NCBI GenBank assembly: GCA_038887515.1
Contig: JAWAKK010000001.1
Location: forward strand, 288,001 to 352,000
Source: Candidatus Nezhaarchaeales archaeon
Lineage (GTDB): Archaea > Thermoproteota > Methanomethylicia > Nezhaarchaeales > WYZ-LMO8
Reading direction: 5' to 3'
DNA: 64,000 nucleotides
Part shown: positions 18,952-29,016 of the stretch, piece after piece
Layout: every line of letters starts with the position of its first letter
Position numbering within the stretch: the first letter of the stretch is position 1
Program-made: the position numbers and the translations under genes
Notes under the pieces: model-generated
What the model was told of the DNA's origin: nothing
Seen by the model: the letters and a program-made list of their open reading frames with translations, nothing else
The model's database searches: none

Positions 18952-20157
18952 CTATATTTTTGTCTCTAGGTCTCCACGCCACATGGTTTCGAAGATCTTT
19001 CGGGCATCTTCGAGGCTAAGCTTCCTTGGATTAGCCTCAACCAATCTAGTTATCCTTAACGCTTTTTCAGCGAGCTTAATTACGTCTTCTTCCGGTACCC
19101 CCATCTCCTCGAGTGTTGTGGGCAGATCTAAATCAGTTATTAGGTCAAAGACCTCAGCTATGGCTAATTGAGCAAGCTCCCTACTGCTTAATCCCCCCTC
19201 CTCAAGACCCATAGCTATGGCTATTTCTGCTAGCCTTTCAGGTATTGCAAGCATGTTGAACTTCATTACGTAGGGAAGAGAGATGCCACATGCCATTCCA
19301 TGCGGTATCCTGTACTTTGCTGCGAACGAGTAGGCGATAGCATGGCCTATGCAGTTGCTGGAGTTACTGAAAGCCAGCCCTGCCAAGAGCGCGGCTTCGC
19401 TCATCGCTCTCCTAGCTTCAATGTTTTCCCCATTACTATAGGCTCTTCGCAGGTTCGTAGATATTAGGCTTATAGCTTTGAGGGCTAAGGAGTCCGTAAA
19501 TGCGTTAGCCTTAAGCGACATATACGCCTCAATGGCGTGAGAGAGAGCATCTATACCTGTTATAGCCGTAAGCCTAGGATTCATAGTAATGGTTAAAAGA
19601 GGATCGACTACGGCTAAGTCGGCGGTAACGTTCTCACTCACTATACTATCCTTTATCTCCTCCCTCTCGTCAATCAATACTATAGACTTCGATACTTCGC
19701 TACCGCTACCAGCTGTTGTTGGTATAAGTATTAGTGGTAATCCTTTTTTGGGGACCCTTTCAACACCAATGTATTGTTTTAATGGTTTAGGGTTTGCTGA
19801 GGCAAGTGAAGCCGTTTTGGCCATGTCTAGACTACTACCTCCCCCAAACCCTATTATGAAGTCAATTTTCATGTCGCTTTTCACTAACTCAGCTACGTAA
19901 TCAAAGACCTTCTCTGCTTGACCAATGGTTGGCTCAGGCCCGTAGTCGCTATAGACTATGTAGTCTACCTCAGCTTCTACGAGCTCGGCCTCCACGACCT
20001 TCAACCTACCGGACTCGACAGCATTCCTCCCCGCGATTACCAAGGCCCTCTTACCGAAGTTTCTTAGACCCTCGTTAAGTTTCTTAACAGAATTTAACCC
20101 TACCATTACATTTGGAATTCTAATAATGTGGCATTCGTAGGATTGACGTAAGTTCAA
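18952..20157 (-). CDS. Iron-containing alcohol dehydrogenase
   Basis: GGGSSLD, PTTAGSGSE, DALSHAIE, HAIAY, PHG. Confidence 0.92.
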   Translation of the reverse strand: MNLRQSYECHIIRIPNVMVGLNSVKKLNEGLRNFGKRALVIAGRNAVESGRLKVVEAELVEAEVDYIVYSDYGPEPTIGQAEKVFDYVAELVKSDMKIDFIIGFGGGSSLDMAKTASLASANPKPLKQYIGVERVPKKGLPLILIPTTAGSGSEVSKSIVLIDEREEIKDSIVSENVTADLAVVDPLLTITMNPRLTAITGIDALSHAIEAYMSLKANAFTDSLALKAISLISTNLRRAYSNGENIEARRAMSEAALLAGLAFSNSSNCIGHAIAYSFAAKYRIPHGMACGISLPYVMKFNMLAIPERLAEIAIAMGLEEGGLSSRELAQLAIAEVFDLITDLDLPTTLEEMGVPEEDVIKLAEKALRITRLVEANPRKLSLEDARKIFETMWRGDLETKI

Positions 20158-20373
20158 TCACGCACACCATTACGAAGCTTGTAGAGAAGGATATTAAAGG
20201 GTTAGGGTTTAAGAGCAATGCCTCCTTATAGTGTTACTCATGATGCTGTGCCTCACATAGTTGAGAAACGTTGGAGACGTCGCCGAAATCCTCCTATAAA
20301 AACATATTTTTCATTAAAATTAAAATCGGGGTGTATAATATTTGTTATGACAATTCAGTACTAACATAAAGGC

Positions 20374-21318
20374 TTGGTAAAAATGAAGGTAACTTGTCTA
20401 TGCGGTGGGGTTGGAGCCGCAAGATTCCTTCAAGGTCTAGTTCAGGTTGTTAATCCTTCAAACGTTACAGCAATAGTGAACACGGGGGACGATGTTGAGA
20501 TAAACGGTTTAATTATCTCTCCCGACATAGACATTGTAATATACCATCTAGCTGGCATAGTTGACGAAGAAAGAGGATGGGGTATAAGGGGAGATAATTT
20601 TAACTGCCTTAAATCTATGGAGAGGTTCGGTCTTGAAACGTGGTTTAAGCTAGGAGACATGGACTTAGCAACCCACATATTCAGGACATACATGCTGAAA
20701 AGGGGCTTTAAGTTAAGCGAAGTGACTTATGCCGAGTGCAAGGCTCTTGGCGTAACTGCAAAGGTATTGCCAATGACCGATGATAAGGTCACAACGATGA
20801 TCAAGGTGAACGGTAAATGGGTTCACTTTCAAGATTACATGGTTAAAATGGCCTGTCAGGGGATCATTGAAGGATTGTGTTTTGCGGAAGCTGAAAAGGC
20901 TAAGCCAGCTCCTGGCGTTTTAGAGGCATTAAAAGAGGCAGGTGTAATAGTGATTCCGCCAAGCAATCCCATAGTCAGCATAAAGCCGATACTGTCGATA
21001 CAAGGGATTAAAGAGGCAGTAGAAAGAGCAGAGAAGGTTGTGGCAATAAGCCCAATAGTTGGGGGTAGAACAATTAAAGGACCGGCCGACAAACTTATGG
21101 CGGCCTTGGGATTTGAAGTCTCGCCTCGTGGTGTTGCTGAGATATATAAAGGTTTAATAAAGTACATGGTTATAGATCAAGTAGATGCGCACTACGTAGA
21201 CCGTATAGAGCAATTGGGCATTAAGGTTGGCATTACAAATACAATAATGAAGGACCTAGAAAGTAAGAAGATGTTAGCTGACTTCACACTAAAGCTAGCC
21301 TTAGGTAGTTTATCATGA
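20374..21318 (+). CDS. cofD: 2-phospho-L-lactate transferase (F420 biosynthesis)
   Basis: GGVGAARF, NTGDD, SPDID, WFKLGDMDLATH, HFQDY, PSNPIVSI, KGPADKLM. Confidence 0.93.
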   Translation: MVKMKVTCLCGGVGAARFLQGLVQVVNPSNVTAIVNTGDDVEINGLIISPDIDIVIYHLAGIVDEERGWGIRGDNFNCLKSMERFGLETWFKLGDMDLATHIFRTYMLKRGFKLSEVTYAECKALGVTAKVLPMTDDKVTTMIKVNGKWVHFQDYMVKMACQGIIEGLCFAEAEKAKPAPGVLEALKEAGVIVIPPSNPIVSIKPILSIQGIKEAVERAEKVVAISPIVGGRTIKGPADKLMAALGFEVSPRGVAEIYKGLIKYMVIDQVDAHYVDRIEQLGIKVGITNTIMKDLESKKMLADFTLKLALGSLS

Positions 21319-21689
21319 CCGTAGTCGAGAAGTACTTAATAGCCATAATCATCAACGAAGTTGGTGTAGCTGAAGGCGAGCTAGTCAGAACATACGCCCC
21401 CATAACGATATCAAACATAGTTAGGGCATTGCCCATTAGGTCTAGGATTTACAAGTTACCGGACAGGGTTTACCTAAAAGTAAGCTTAGCGATGGACGTT
21501 GAAAAACCTCGAGAGCAAGTCTCAAGGGGCGATATAGCGTTCTGGTCTCAAGCATCTGCAATAACGTTTTTCACAAAAAATACGAAGCTTTCTCAGCCTG
21601 TAAGTTTAGTAGGCAAGGTGACGAAAGGGTTAAATCTAATAGAAAGAACGCCAATGGGTTCTCCGGTAACTATCCAGTTAATTAATTAA
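21315..21689 (+). CDS. Cyclophilin-like fold protein (DUF369/TM1367-like)
   Basis: YAPIT...LP, RGDIAFW, PVSLVGKV. Confidence 0.75.
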   Translation: MTVVEKYLIAIIINEVGVAEGELVRTYAPITISNIVRALPIRSRIYKLPDRVYLKVSLAMDVEKPREQVSRGDIAFWSQASAITFFTKNTKLSQPVSLVGKVTKGLNLIERTPMGSPVTIQLIN

Positions 21690-22068
21690 GTTTCTCGGAA
21701 CCTTCACTTCGACGTGCTAAAGCTGTGAATGGAGGCGGTTCGTCTAAGCTTATAATCGGTATAGCTATCCATCCAGGCTTAGAACCTTCAGAGACGAGAA
21801 TGTACTCCTTGTTTTCTTCGGTTTTTATTAAAAGGTACTTACCATTTAACTCTTCATCACTCATGTAGTAATAAAATATTGGGAGACCATACATGTTGTA
21901 GTAATCGTGATATACAGCAAACAACCCATACACATGCTTTCTTTCGTATTCGAAGTGCACCACGTAAATAGTCTGACCCAAAGTCGACATTGATGCTGCG
22001 AACCTAGCTAAGTCGTTTAGGGTCTTAACTTTCACGGAAACTGTGGGTTCAACTGTCTTCTCGGACAA
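21682..22068 (-). CDS. Conserved crenarchaeal hypothetical protein
   Basis: VKVKTLNDLARFA...YYNMYGLPIFYY...IPIISL; GGGGGA upstream. Confidence 0.7.
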   Translation of the reverse strand: MSEKTVEPTVSVKVKTLNDLARFAASMSTLGQTIYVVHFEYERKHVYGLFAVYHDYYNMYGLPIFYYYMSDEELNGKYLLIKTEENKEYILVSEGSKPGWIAIPIISLDEPPPFTALARRSEGSEKLN

Positions 22069-22101
22069 GGTCTATCCCCCACTACAAGCTTTAGTATATT
22101 T

Positions 22102-22812
22102 TTATAAGCTTTCAAACTTGCCTTCATAGCTATTCAACATTTTTATAACGTCTTCATAGTTTAAGTCTCTCCAATCTACAAAGGCATCTGCAACAGCGAA
22201 CCAAGGGCCGGTTCTAACATTTAAACATACTATGAGATCTACACACCTCGAAAGCTTAACCAAAGACTCTAGGCAACCTGTAGGTACCGCTTTGATTACC
22301 TCCTTCGCCCCCCTCGACTTAACGAATTTGATTGCCGCCGTCATGGTATAGCCCGCGGCTATGCCGTCATCGACTAAGACTATCTTAAGCCCATCGTACG
22401 AAGGATACTCCTTGCCTTTCCTTAAGAGGTAGTTTCTTTTCCTTACTTCTTCAACTTGCTCTCTCACGGCTTCATTTATGTCACTACTGCTTAAGCCCAT
22501 GCTTCTAGAAAAGTCTTCATCTATGAAGTATTCTCCGTCGGGATCTACTGCTCCGAAGCCGGCCTCCCTATTCCATGGTATCAAGAGTTTTCGACATATT
22601 ATTACGTCAAACTTCGAGTTTAAACTCTTTGAAACCTCTAGCCCGATAGGGATGCCGCCCATCGGTATAGCTAGGACGTAGTCGGCGCTTTTAACAATGG
22701 TTCGGCTCGCTTCTCCAAGTAACCTTCCAGCTTCAAACCTATCCTTAAAGACATGGAACTTACCTAGCAACTCTTCTTCGTATACTATGTTTTCCCATCG
22801 AGAAAGCCTCAA
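22102..22812 (-). CDS. Phosphoribosyltransferase family protein
   Basis: FKDRFEAG, IPMGG, EAGFGAV, LVDDGIAAGYT. Confidence 0.9.
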   Translation of the reverse strand: MRLSRWENIVYEEELLGKFHVFKDRFEAGRLLGEASRTIVKSADYVLAIPMGGIPIGLEVSKSLNSKFDVIICRKLLIPWNREAGFGAVDPDGEYFIDEDFSRSMGLSSSDINEAVREQVEEVRKRNYLLRKGKEYPSYDGLKIVLVDDGIAAGYTMTAAIKFVKSRGAKEVIKAVPTGCLESLVKLSRCVDLIVCLNVRTGPWFAVADAFVDWRDLNYEDVIKMLNSYEGKFESL

Positions 22813-22950
22813 CCAAGTAACCCCTTATTTAATAACCCTCGCCCTCTTAGATAACTTAACTTTCAAAACTTTCAAAATTTATTAAAAACTAAAGCCTTTT
22901 AGCGGCACTGAAAGCGAAGAGATTTAAAGTTAAGCCTGCTGAGATATAGC

Positions 22951-23580
22951 GTGAGAGTTATGAGCACCGACAGGGAAAACCTCAAGGCCTTTTACACCGC
23001 TATAGACGAGATACTCTCATTCCTGAAGGACTTCAGAGACAAGCTGAATAAATCTGAAGTTGATAAAATGGTTGGCATGCTCGTCGAGGCGTGGGGATGG
23101 GGTAAAATAATTTTAATAGTTGGGGCTGGCCGAAGTGGTTTAGTTGGTAGAGCCTTCGCGATGAGACTCATGCACTTAGGCTTTAGGACTTACGTCGTTG
23201 GCGAAACAATAACTCCAGCCATAGGTCCCAACGACGTATTAGTTGCAATATCCGGTTCGGGCTCGACTGGAATAGTTGTAACAGCTGCTGAAGCAGCTAA
23301 AAAAGTTGGAGCCAAAGTAATAGCGATAACTTCATTTAGAGATAGTCCATTAGCTAAGTTAGCAGACCACGTGGTCGTTCTTCCTGGAAGAACTAAAACA
23401 GCCGTTGAGCAAGACTATTTCTCAAGGCAGATACTCGGGATACATGAACCCCTAGCTCCTTTGGGCACGTTATTTGAAATCGGAACAGCGGTTTTTCTTG
23501 ACAGTGTTGTCGCAGAGCTAATGTACAGGCTAGGAAAATCAGAAATAGAAATGAAGTTTAGGCATGCGGTGATAGAGTGA
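22951..23580 (+). CDS. hxlB: 6-phospho-3-hexuloisomerase
   Basis: [39 protein letters not shown]. Confidence 0.93.
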   Translation: MRVMSTDRENLKAFYTAIDEILSFLKDFRDKLNKSEVDKMVGMLVEAWGWGKIILIVGAGRSGLVGRAFAMRLMHLGFRTYVVGETITPAIGPNDVLVAISGSGSTGIVVTAAEAAKKVGAKVIAITSFRDSPLAKLADHVVVLPGRTKTAVEQDYFSRQILGIHEPLAPLGTLFEIGTAVFLDSVVAELMYRLGKSEIEMKFRHAVIE

Positions 23581-23610
23581 TGATATTTGGAATAAATAGG
23601 AATTATCAAT

Positions 23611-24684
23611 TTAGGAAGTAGTTAAGTCCTCAAGTACGGCTTTACAATCTACGTTTTTCAATACTATTTCCTTAACCTTCTCTATCCTCTTAACGTCGTC
23701 GGGCTTTATCCTGCCGCTTAATCTATGTATCATTTGTACCGTTGTGTAAGTGTCGTAGTTAACAAGTATGAGGGGGATGCCTTTCTCTTCAGCTTTTGCT
23801 ACGACCCGTGCTCCAGGGTATATTCCTCCGGTCAGAACTATGGCAGCTGTAGGCGTCTCGAGAACAGATAGTATGACGTCCGTTCGATCACCACCAACGA
23901 TCATAAGCTTGTTGGTTACCCTTTTAGCGTAGATGAGCGCCGAGTCACATCCCATAGCACCAATAAGTATCGTATCGTATGTACCGTCGATCTTGTCTTG
24001 AGCAGTTAAGACCTCGCCACTTAAGCTTATAGCTATTTCCCTTAGCGTTGGGTTTAGGAGATTCGGTACTTCTGGCACTAGACCGTAAACCTTTATGTCG
24101 AATTTTTCTAGCAGAGGAACCATGTCTTCCTTGATGTGGTAGCGCATATGATGAGGAACGAAGTTCAGGACAACACCTTGAAGCTTTGCTCCCATAGCTT
24201 CAATGAACTTCTTCTCAGCCATTAGTACATCGACGAATTCCTCGTTTGAAGTTTTGGCTACAAGCAACACTTTAGCGCCGATTTTTGTAGCTATCTGAGG
24301 TGCTGATAGTCCAGCGGTTAGACCAACTTTCGTATCTCTAAATCCTCCGAGTAGAACGTAGTCACATTCCTTCTGTACCTGGCTGTAGGCCCTAACTATC
24401 TCTTCCATTCCACGAGCGCCCAACCTCAAGAGCTTATCAACAAAGTGCTCGTCAACAATTATAGGACACAGGACCTCGTACGGGTAGGGTAGATCCAGAA
24501 TTTTTTTCAGAAGCACTACATCTTCGTCCATCGGCTTACCTTCGACGGTAGTTCCAGCCCACCCTATGGGTTTCATGTAGCATACCTTCATCCCTCCTTC
24601 GATTGCTTTGAAGGCTAGCCCTAACACTACGATGGTTTTGCCTGAATACACTTCAGGTGAAGTTATGAACAGGCTTTTAGTCAT
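23611..24684 (-). CDS. Phosphotransacetylase N-terminal-like protein (BioD-like P-loop + DRTGG)
   Basis: SGKT, YMKPIG, IGAM, GGDRTD, LTGG. Confidence 0.87.
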   Translation of the reverse strand: MTKSLFITSPEVYSGKTIVVLGLAFKAIEGGMKVCYMKPIGWAGTTVEGKPMDEDVVLLKKILDLPYPYEVLCPIIVDEHFVDKLLRLGARGMEEIVRAYSQVQKECDYVLLGGFRDTKVGLTAGLSAPQIATKIGAKVLLVAKTSNEEFVDVLMAEKKFIEAMGAKLQGVVLNFVPHHMRYHIKEDMVPLLEKFDIKVYGLVPEVPNLLNPTLREIAISLSGEVLTAQDKIDGTYDTILIGAMGCDSALIYAKRVTNKLMIVGGDRTDVILSVLETPTAAIVLTGGIYPGARVVAKAEEKGIPLILVNYDTYTTVQMIHRLSGRIKPDDVKRIEKVKEIVLKNVDCKAVLEDLTTS

Positions 24685-24687
24685 AAT

Positions 24688-26817
24688 TCACCACCATATC
24701 TTTGCATCCACAACTATACAACCTTTGAATTTCTCGTATACGAACAGCGGGTTAATATCGATTTCCTGTATCTCCTTGAACTCCGTGCATAGTGCAGAGA
24801 CCTTTAACAACACATCGACTACGGAGTCTATGTCTCCAGGAGGTTCACCTCTAAAACCTCTAAGCAATCTGTAAGCCTTGGTCTCCATTATCATGTCCAT
24901 AGCCTCACTCCTCGTGAGGGGAGCTAGCCTGAATGAAACTTCTCTTATAAGCTCTACGTATATTCCTCCTAGGCCAAACATTATCAGAGGACCAAACTGA
25001 GGATCCCTATGCATGCCTATTATCAACTCTTTGCCTTGGGGGACCATTGGCGTAACGACTACACCGTAAACCGCTGCTCCGGGCACGAATCTAGAGACAT
25101 TAGACATTATTTCATGATACGCTAGCCTTACATCACTTGGGGTCCTCAGGTTAACCTTCACACCACCTACATCAGATTTGTGGGTTATGTGGGGTGATGC
25201 TATCTTGAGTACAACAGGGTAACCAATACATTCAGCTGCCTGAACGGCTTCTTCGGCACTTTTTGCTATAATGCATGGAGCAGTTCTTATACCGCAAGCA
25301 TTAAGTACCTCAAATACTTCATCGGGCATTAAGATCTTTCTACCTTCCTCCTTAGCTTTCGAAAGTACTTCTCTTACAACCTCTCTATCAATGGGATACC
25401 TCGGACACTTTTCTTCCAACAGTCTCTTCTGTTTTTCTCGTATTTCTTTGTAGCTTAAGAGTAATCCAAGCGCTTTAACCGCTCTTTCAGGGGTATCGTA
25501 ATTTGGAATCCCACCGCATCTTAGGATTGATATAGCATTTGCAACCCTAGACCCTCCGAGAAAACTAGTCACTATAGCTCTATCCGGGTTCTTGGCTTTA
25601 AACTCCACGAGAAGCTTAGCGACTTCGTCCGGTTCGGTCATAGCCTGAGGCGACAATACCATAACGAAAGAATCTAGGTCTTCTTGGGTCAATAATATCT
25701 TGAGAACGGACTCGTACCTATCTGCTTTAGCATCTCCTAAGACATCTATGGGGTTATTAGTCGAGGACGCAGGAGGTAGGACGCTCCTCAACTTATTTAT
25801 CATATCGGTGCCGAGATCAGCTAATCTTAAGCCTAACTTTCCACAGGCGTCAGTAGCTAAAATGCCTGGACCACCGGCATTGGTCACTATGACTACATTG
25901 CCGTACCTCGGTATCGGCTGAGTCGCAAGACATCTAGCCGCATCGAGGAGATCCGAGAGGCACTCCGCCCTAATAACTCCAAACTGCTTGAATGCCGTTG
26001 AGTATGCAACTTCGCTCCCAGCCATAGCGCCCGTATGCGACGAAGCCGCCCTAGCACCTACCTCCGTAACTCCAGATTTCAAGATCACTATAGGTTTCCT
26101 TACTGAAACCTCTCGAGCGTACTTAACAAACTCCTCTCCTCTATCTATTCCTTCAAGATAGAGAGCTATTACTCTCGTTTCAGGATCTTCAGCTAGAAGC
26201 TTTATGAAATCTATTTCATTAAGGTCTGCCTTATTACCGAGGCTCACTACCTTACTGAAGGCTAAGCCCTCAATGGAGGCTCTATCTATTAATGACGCGA
26301 GAAGTGCTCCGCTTTGCGATATAAGCGCTATATGCCCTCTAGGCGGCATCGCGCTAGCGAAGGATGCATTTAATCCTATTGACGTATTAATGTATCCTAA
26401 GCAATTTGGTCCCAGAACTCTCATTCCATATTTCTTAGCTATTGATACTAGCTCGGCTTCCCTCTTAGATCCCTCGAGTCCTATCTCCTTGAACCCCGCC
26501 GATATAACTACTAGGATTTTAACTCCGGCTTGCCCACAGTCTTCAGCAACTTCCAGGACTCTCTCAGCTGGTACCACTATAACCGCCATATCAACTTCAT
26601 TATTTATACTAGACACCTTTGGGTAACACTTTAATCCAAGAATGCTATCAGCTTGCGGATTAACTGGGTAAACTTTACCCTTATAACCGCCGTCTATAAT
26701 GTTTTTCAGAACTGCATAGCCTACCTTTCCTTCAATTCTTGATGCTCCTACAATCGCTACAGACCTGGGGTTTAATAGCACTTCTTGGCCTGCTTCCGAG
26801 CTACATGTCTTTTTCAA
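24688..26817 (-). CDS. ADP-forming acetate--CoA ligase, fused alpha/beta
   Basis: AIVGAS, GPNCLG, SQSGA, GNKAD, SHTGA (phospho-His), NPIDVLGD, HKSDVGGV, DINP. Confidence 0.93.
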   Translation of the reverse strand: MKKTCSSEAGQEVLLNPRSVAIVGASRIEGKVGYAVLKNIIDGGYKGKVYPVNPQADSILGLKCYPKVSSINNEVDMAVIVVPAERVLEVAEDCGQAGVKILVVISAGFKEIGLEGSKREAELVSIAKKYGMRVLGPNCLGYINTSIGLNASFASAMPPRGHIALISQSGALLASLIDRASIEGLAFSKVVSLGNKADLNEIDFIKLLAEDPETRVIALYLEGIDRGEEFVKYAREVSVRKPIVILKSGVTEVGARAASSHTGAMAGSEVAYSTAFKQFGVIRAECLSDLLDAARCLATQPIPRYGNVVIVTNAGGPGILATDACGKLGLRLADLGTDMINKLRSVLPPASSTNNPIDVLGDAKADRYESVLKILLTQEDLDSFVMVLSPQAMTEPDEVAKLLVEFKAKNPDRAIVTSFLGGSRVANAISILRCGGIPNYDTPERAVKALGLLLSYKEIREKQKRLLEEKCPRYPIDREVVREVLSKAKEEGRKILMPDEVFEVLNACGIRTAPCIIAKSAEEAVQAAECIGYPVVLKIASPHITHKSDVGGVKVNLRTPSDVRLAYHEIMSNVSRFVPGAAVYGVVVTPMVPQGKELIIGMHRDPQFGPLIMFGLGGIYVELIREVSFRLAPLTRSEAMDMIMETKAYRLLRGFRGEPPGDIDSVVDVLLKVSALCTEFKEIQEIDINPLFVYEKFKGCIVVDAKIWW

Positions 26818-27036
26818 GCTCCAATCACCGGACCTCCCCGCATCTTGAAGTGGTCTGTAAAAGAAAACCCTCCGAGTAAAAAAGGTTAGCTCTAAAAAAT
26901 ATTGTATACCTTAACATTAGTTAACGTTAACTATAAAGCCGCTCTATTAGTTCTCATGCAAATCTCGAAATATTGAAAGTCTCGCATTTTTGGAACGTAA
27001 AAAGTAAATTGTTTGTAGAACTAAATTATATATCAG

Positions 27037-27288
27037 GTGATTCGACTGAAAGTTGATGGGCAGATATTGGTAGATAAGCATCGTGACCCTCAAGGAAACT
27101 TTGTTGCACTAACGATCTCTGTTGTTTGGAAAAATCTAGCGCCTAAGCTGACGGTCTACGATCTAGATGGAATCGAAGTGGAATTATCAGGTGAAAAAGT
27201 GCTGTTAAAGTCTAGATCGCGAGCTAAATTAAAAGCTCTAATAGAGAAAGCAAGAACACTGGGGATCATCGTTTCAGGATCTCTCTAA
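27037..27288 (+). CDS. Hypothetical protein
   Basis: 83-aa ORF with plausible codon use; no recognised motif. Confidence 0.5.
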   Translation: MIRLKVDGQILVDKHRDPQGNFVALTISVVWKNLAPKLTVYDLDGIEVELSGEKVLLKSRSRAKLKALIEKARTLGIIVSGSL

Positions 27289-27356
27289 GAGTCGTCAAAA
27301 TCGATGAAGTAAATAACATCTCTTTTATAGCATAACATTACATTTTACATTATTTT

Positions 27357-27413
27357 TCAGAGCCGGATGTACCGGTCATCCCTTTTAGGTCTCAAGTTCC
27401 AGCGTTCATCATC
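27357..27413 (-). ncRNA. Box C/D guide sRNA
   Basis: Minus strand: GATGATGA-ACGCTGGAACTTGAGAC-CTAA-AAG-GGATGA-CCGGTACATCCGGCT-CTGA. Confidence 0.75.
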
Positions 27414-27508
27414 TAATTGAGGATGCCTTGCTTGAGCTTAAAGCTTTCTGCTTAAAAACGCGTTTAACATGATTAGCTTTAATAGATAGTAGTAGGAGTT
27501 CTACACTT

Positions 27509-27570
27509 GGGCCTATGATGAAAGTCATGCCCACTGAAAACGATGACGTGTCCTAGGGTATCGGAGGCCC
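27509..27570 (+). ncRNA. Box C/D guide sRNA
   Basis: GGGCCT...AGGCCC terminal stem; ATGATGA-AAGTCATGCCCA-CTGA-AAA-CGATGA-CGTGTCCTAGGGTAT-CGGA. Confidence 0.8.
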
Positions 27571-27571
27571 T

Positions 27572-27892
27572 CTAAGCTATGTAGTGCCCCCTTATCTCTC
27601 TAATTCTATCTTCTTCCTCTTTGCTTATGTTTGAACCCTTCTTGAGTACTTGAACTATAAAATTGCACACGAATTCTGGGTTTTCTCTAAACATTGCTTG
27701 CAAAGTCCTTAATAAGACGTTTACGTTCTTCGGTGGTAGGTCGCTAAGCATCTTATCAAGTCCCTCTCTCATCACGTCCCGTACATAGTCGTTAAAATCG
27801 CTCTCAGCCTCTATCACAGTATCATATACCTTCTTAAAGTTGATAAGCATCCTGTACTCATCTTCTTCGACCCTAACAACGATCTCTCTCAT
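27572..27892 (-). CDS. Hypothetical protein, possibly ribbon-helix-helix-like N-terminus
   Basis: ATG 27892 preceded by GGAGGGG; MREIVVRVEEDEY...DYVRDVMREGL. Confidence 0.65.
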   Translation of the reverse strand: MREIVVRVEEDEYRMLINFKKVYDTVIEAESDFNDYVRDVMREGLDKMLSDLPPKNVNVLLRTLQAMFRENPEFVCNFIVQVLKKGSNISKEEEDRIREIRGHYIA

Positions 27893-27954
27893 ACCCCTCC
27901 GGTCTTGGAGAGGAAGTGAGAAACTTATCAATATTAGTGTTACCGGTGAAAGCT

Positions 27955-28905
27955 TTACTGAGTTATAGTTATCTTAGCTCCTTGATTGTCGGCTTTTACA
28001 ACAATGGTCCTACACTTCATCTTAAGCCTTCTTTTAATTTTATCCGCAATGACCTCGGCTTTGTCATCGCTTGTTACAGCGTAAACTGCAGGGCCCCACG
28101 AGCTCTGACCATAACCCTCAACCTTAAGTTCTTTGAGAACCTCTACGACCTTGAAAGACTGGCTACTATAGATGCCGCCTTGAACTTGAGAGAACATTGC
28201 CCCTACGGTCTCTTGAAGTTCCCTTAAAGATCTTCCGAAGGCTTCTAGATCTTCGTCTACAATCGCTGGTAAAAGTTTACACAAGGCTATGTATGCAGCC
28301 CTCTCAACCAGTCTTTCACTTTCACTTGAAGGTTTTAAAGATGCAAAGGCCCTCTTTTCAGCCCTCCCGCTGATCCCTCTGCCTACTGGTATTATTACGA
28401 TAAACCTCCACCACTCGGGCACGTCAAGCCTCACTAGGAGCGGTGGAAAGGAATTTTTAGAATTTTTAACTCCTCCATCGAGTACAAAGCCTCCTCTCTC
28501 AAATACGTAAGTACCTATGCCGGATTGTTTTCCTAGCCCCAAAGCCTTAGACACGTCGGGAACGCGAACTTCTATTCTATTTAGGGCCAGCAAGGCGTAG
28601 GCGACTGACAAAGCTAATTGAGTTGTAGAGCCGAGCCCAACATGTCGTGGGGCTATAGAATGAACCTTAACCCTCCCTTTATTGGCTCCGAAAACCTTAG
28701 CGGTTCGCTCCGCATATTTTTGAGCCAACCTTCTTTGAAAACCCTCAACAATGAGTTCGCCAGTCTCGTCTGCCTCAACTACAGTCCTCGGCTCTTCGAT
28801 ACCAATGCCGAGGGACACATAGAGCCTACCTTGAAAGCCCACTGGATTTACCATGCCAAAGTGAAGCCTTGAAGGCGTGCTGACCCACACTCTCACCATC
28901 ATCAC
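27955..28905 (-). CDS. Beta-ribofuranosylaminobenzene 5'-phosphate synthase (GHMP family)
   Basis: TPSRLHFG, HVGLGSTTQL, SGIG...GGFVLDGG, GQSSWGP, ADNQGA. Confidence 0.9.
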   Translation of the reverse strand: MMMVRVWVSTPSRLHFGMVNPVGFQGRLYVSLGIGIEEPRTVVEADETGELIVEGFQRRLAQKYAERTAKVFGANKGRVKVHSIAPRHVGLGSTTQLALSVAYALLALNRIEVRVPDVSKALGLGKQSGIGTYVFERGGFVLDGGVKNSKNSFPPLLVRLDVPEWWRFIVIIPVGRGISGRAEKRAFASLKPSSESERLVERAAYIALCKLLPAIVDEDLEAFGRSLRELQETVGAMFSQVQGGIYSSQSFKVVEVLKELKVEGYGQSSWGPAVYAVTSDDKAEVIADKIKRRLKMKCRTIVVKADNQGAKITITQ

Positions 28906-29016
28906 CTTGACGAAGTTCTTACTAAAGATAGTTCAAGAGAAGAAAAAAATCTACTGTGAATAACTTCCAAGGAGACCGTAAATAATAAAAGGGGTTAAGA
29001 ATGCTAACACTTAGAC

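Noticed and set aside
20236-20290. C/D-like sequence ATGATGC...TTGA...CCGA
   Set aside because: C box non-canonical, C' unclear, no terminal stem
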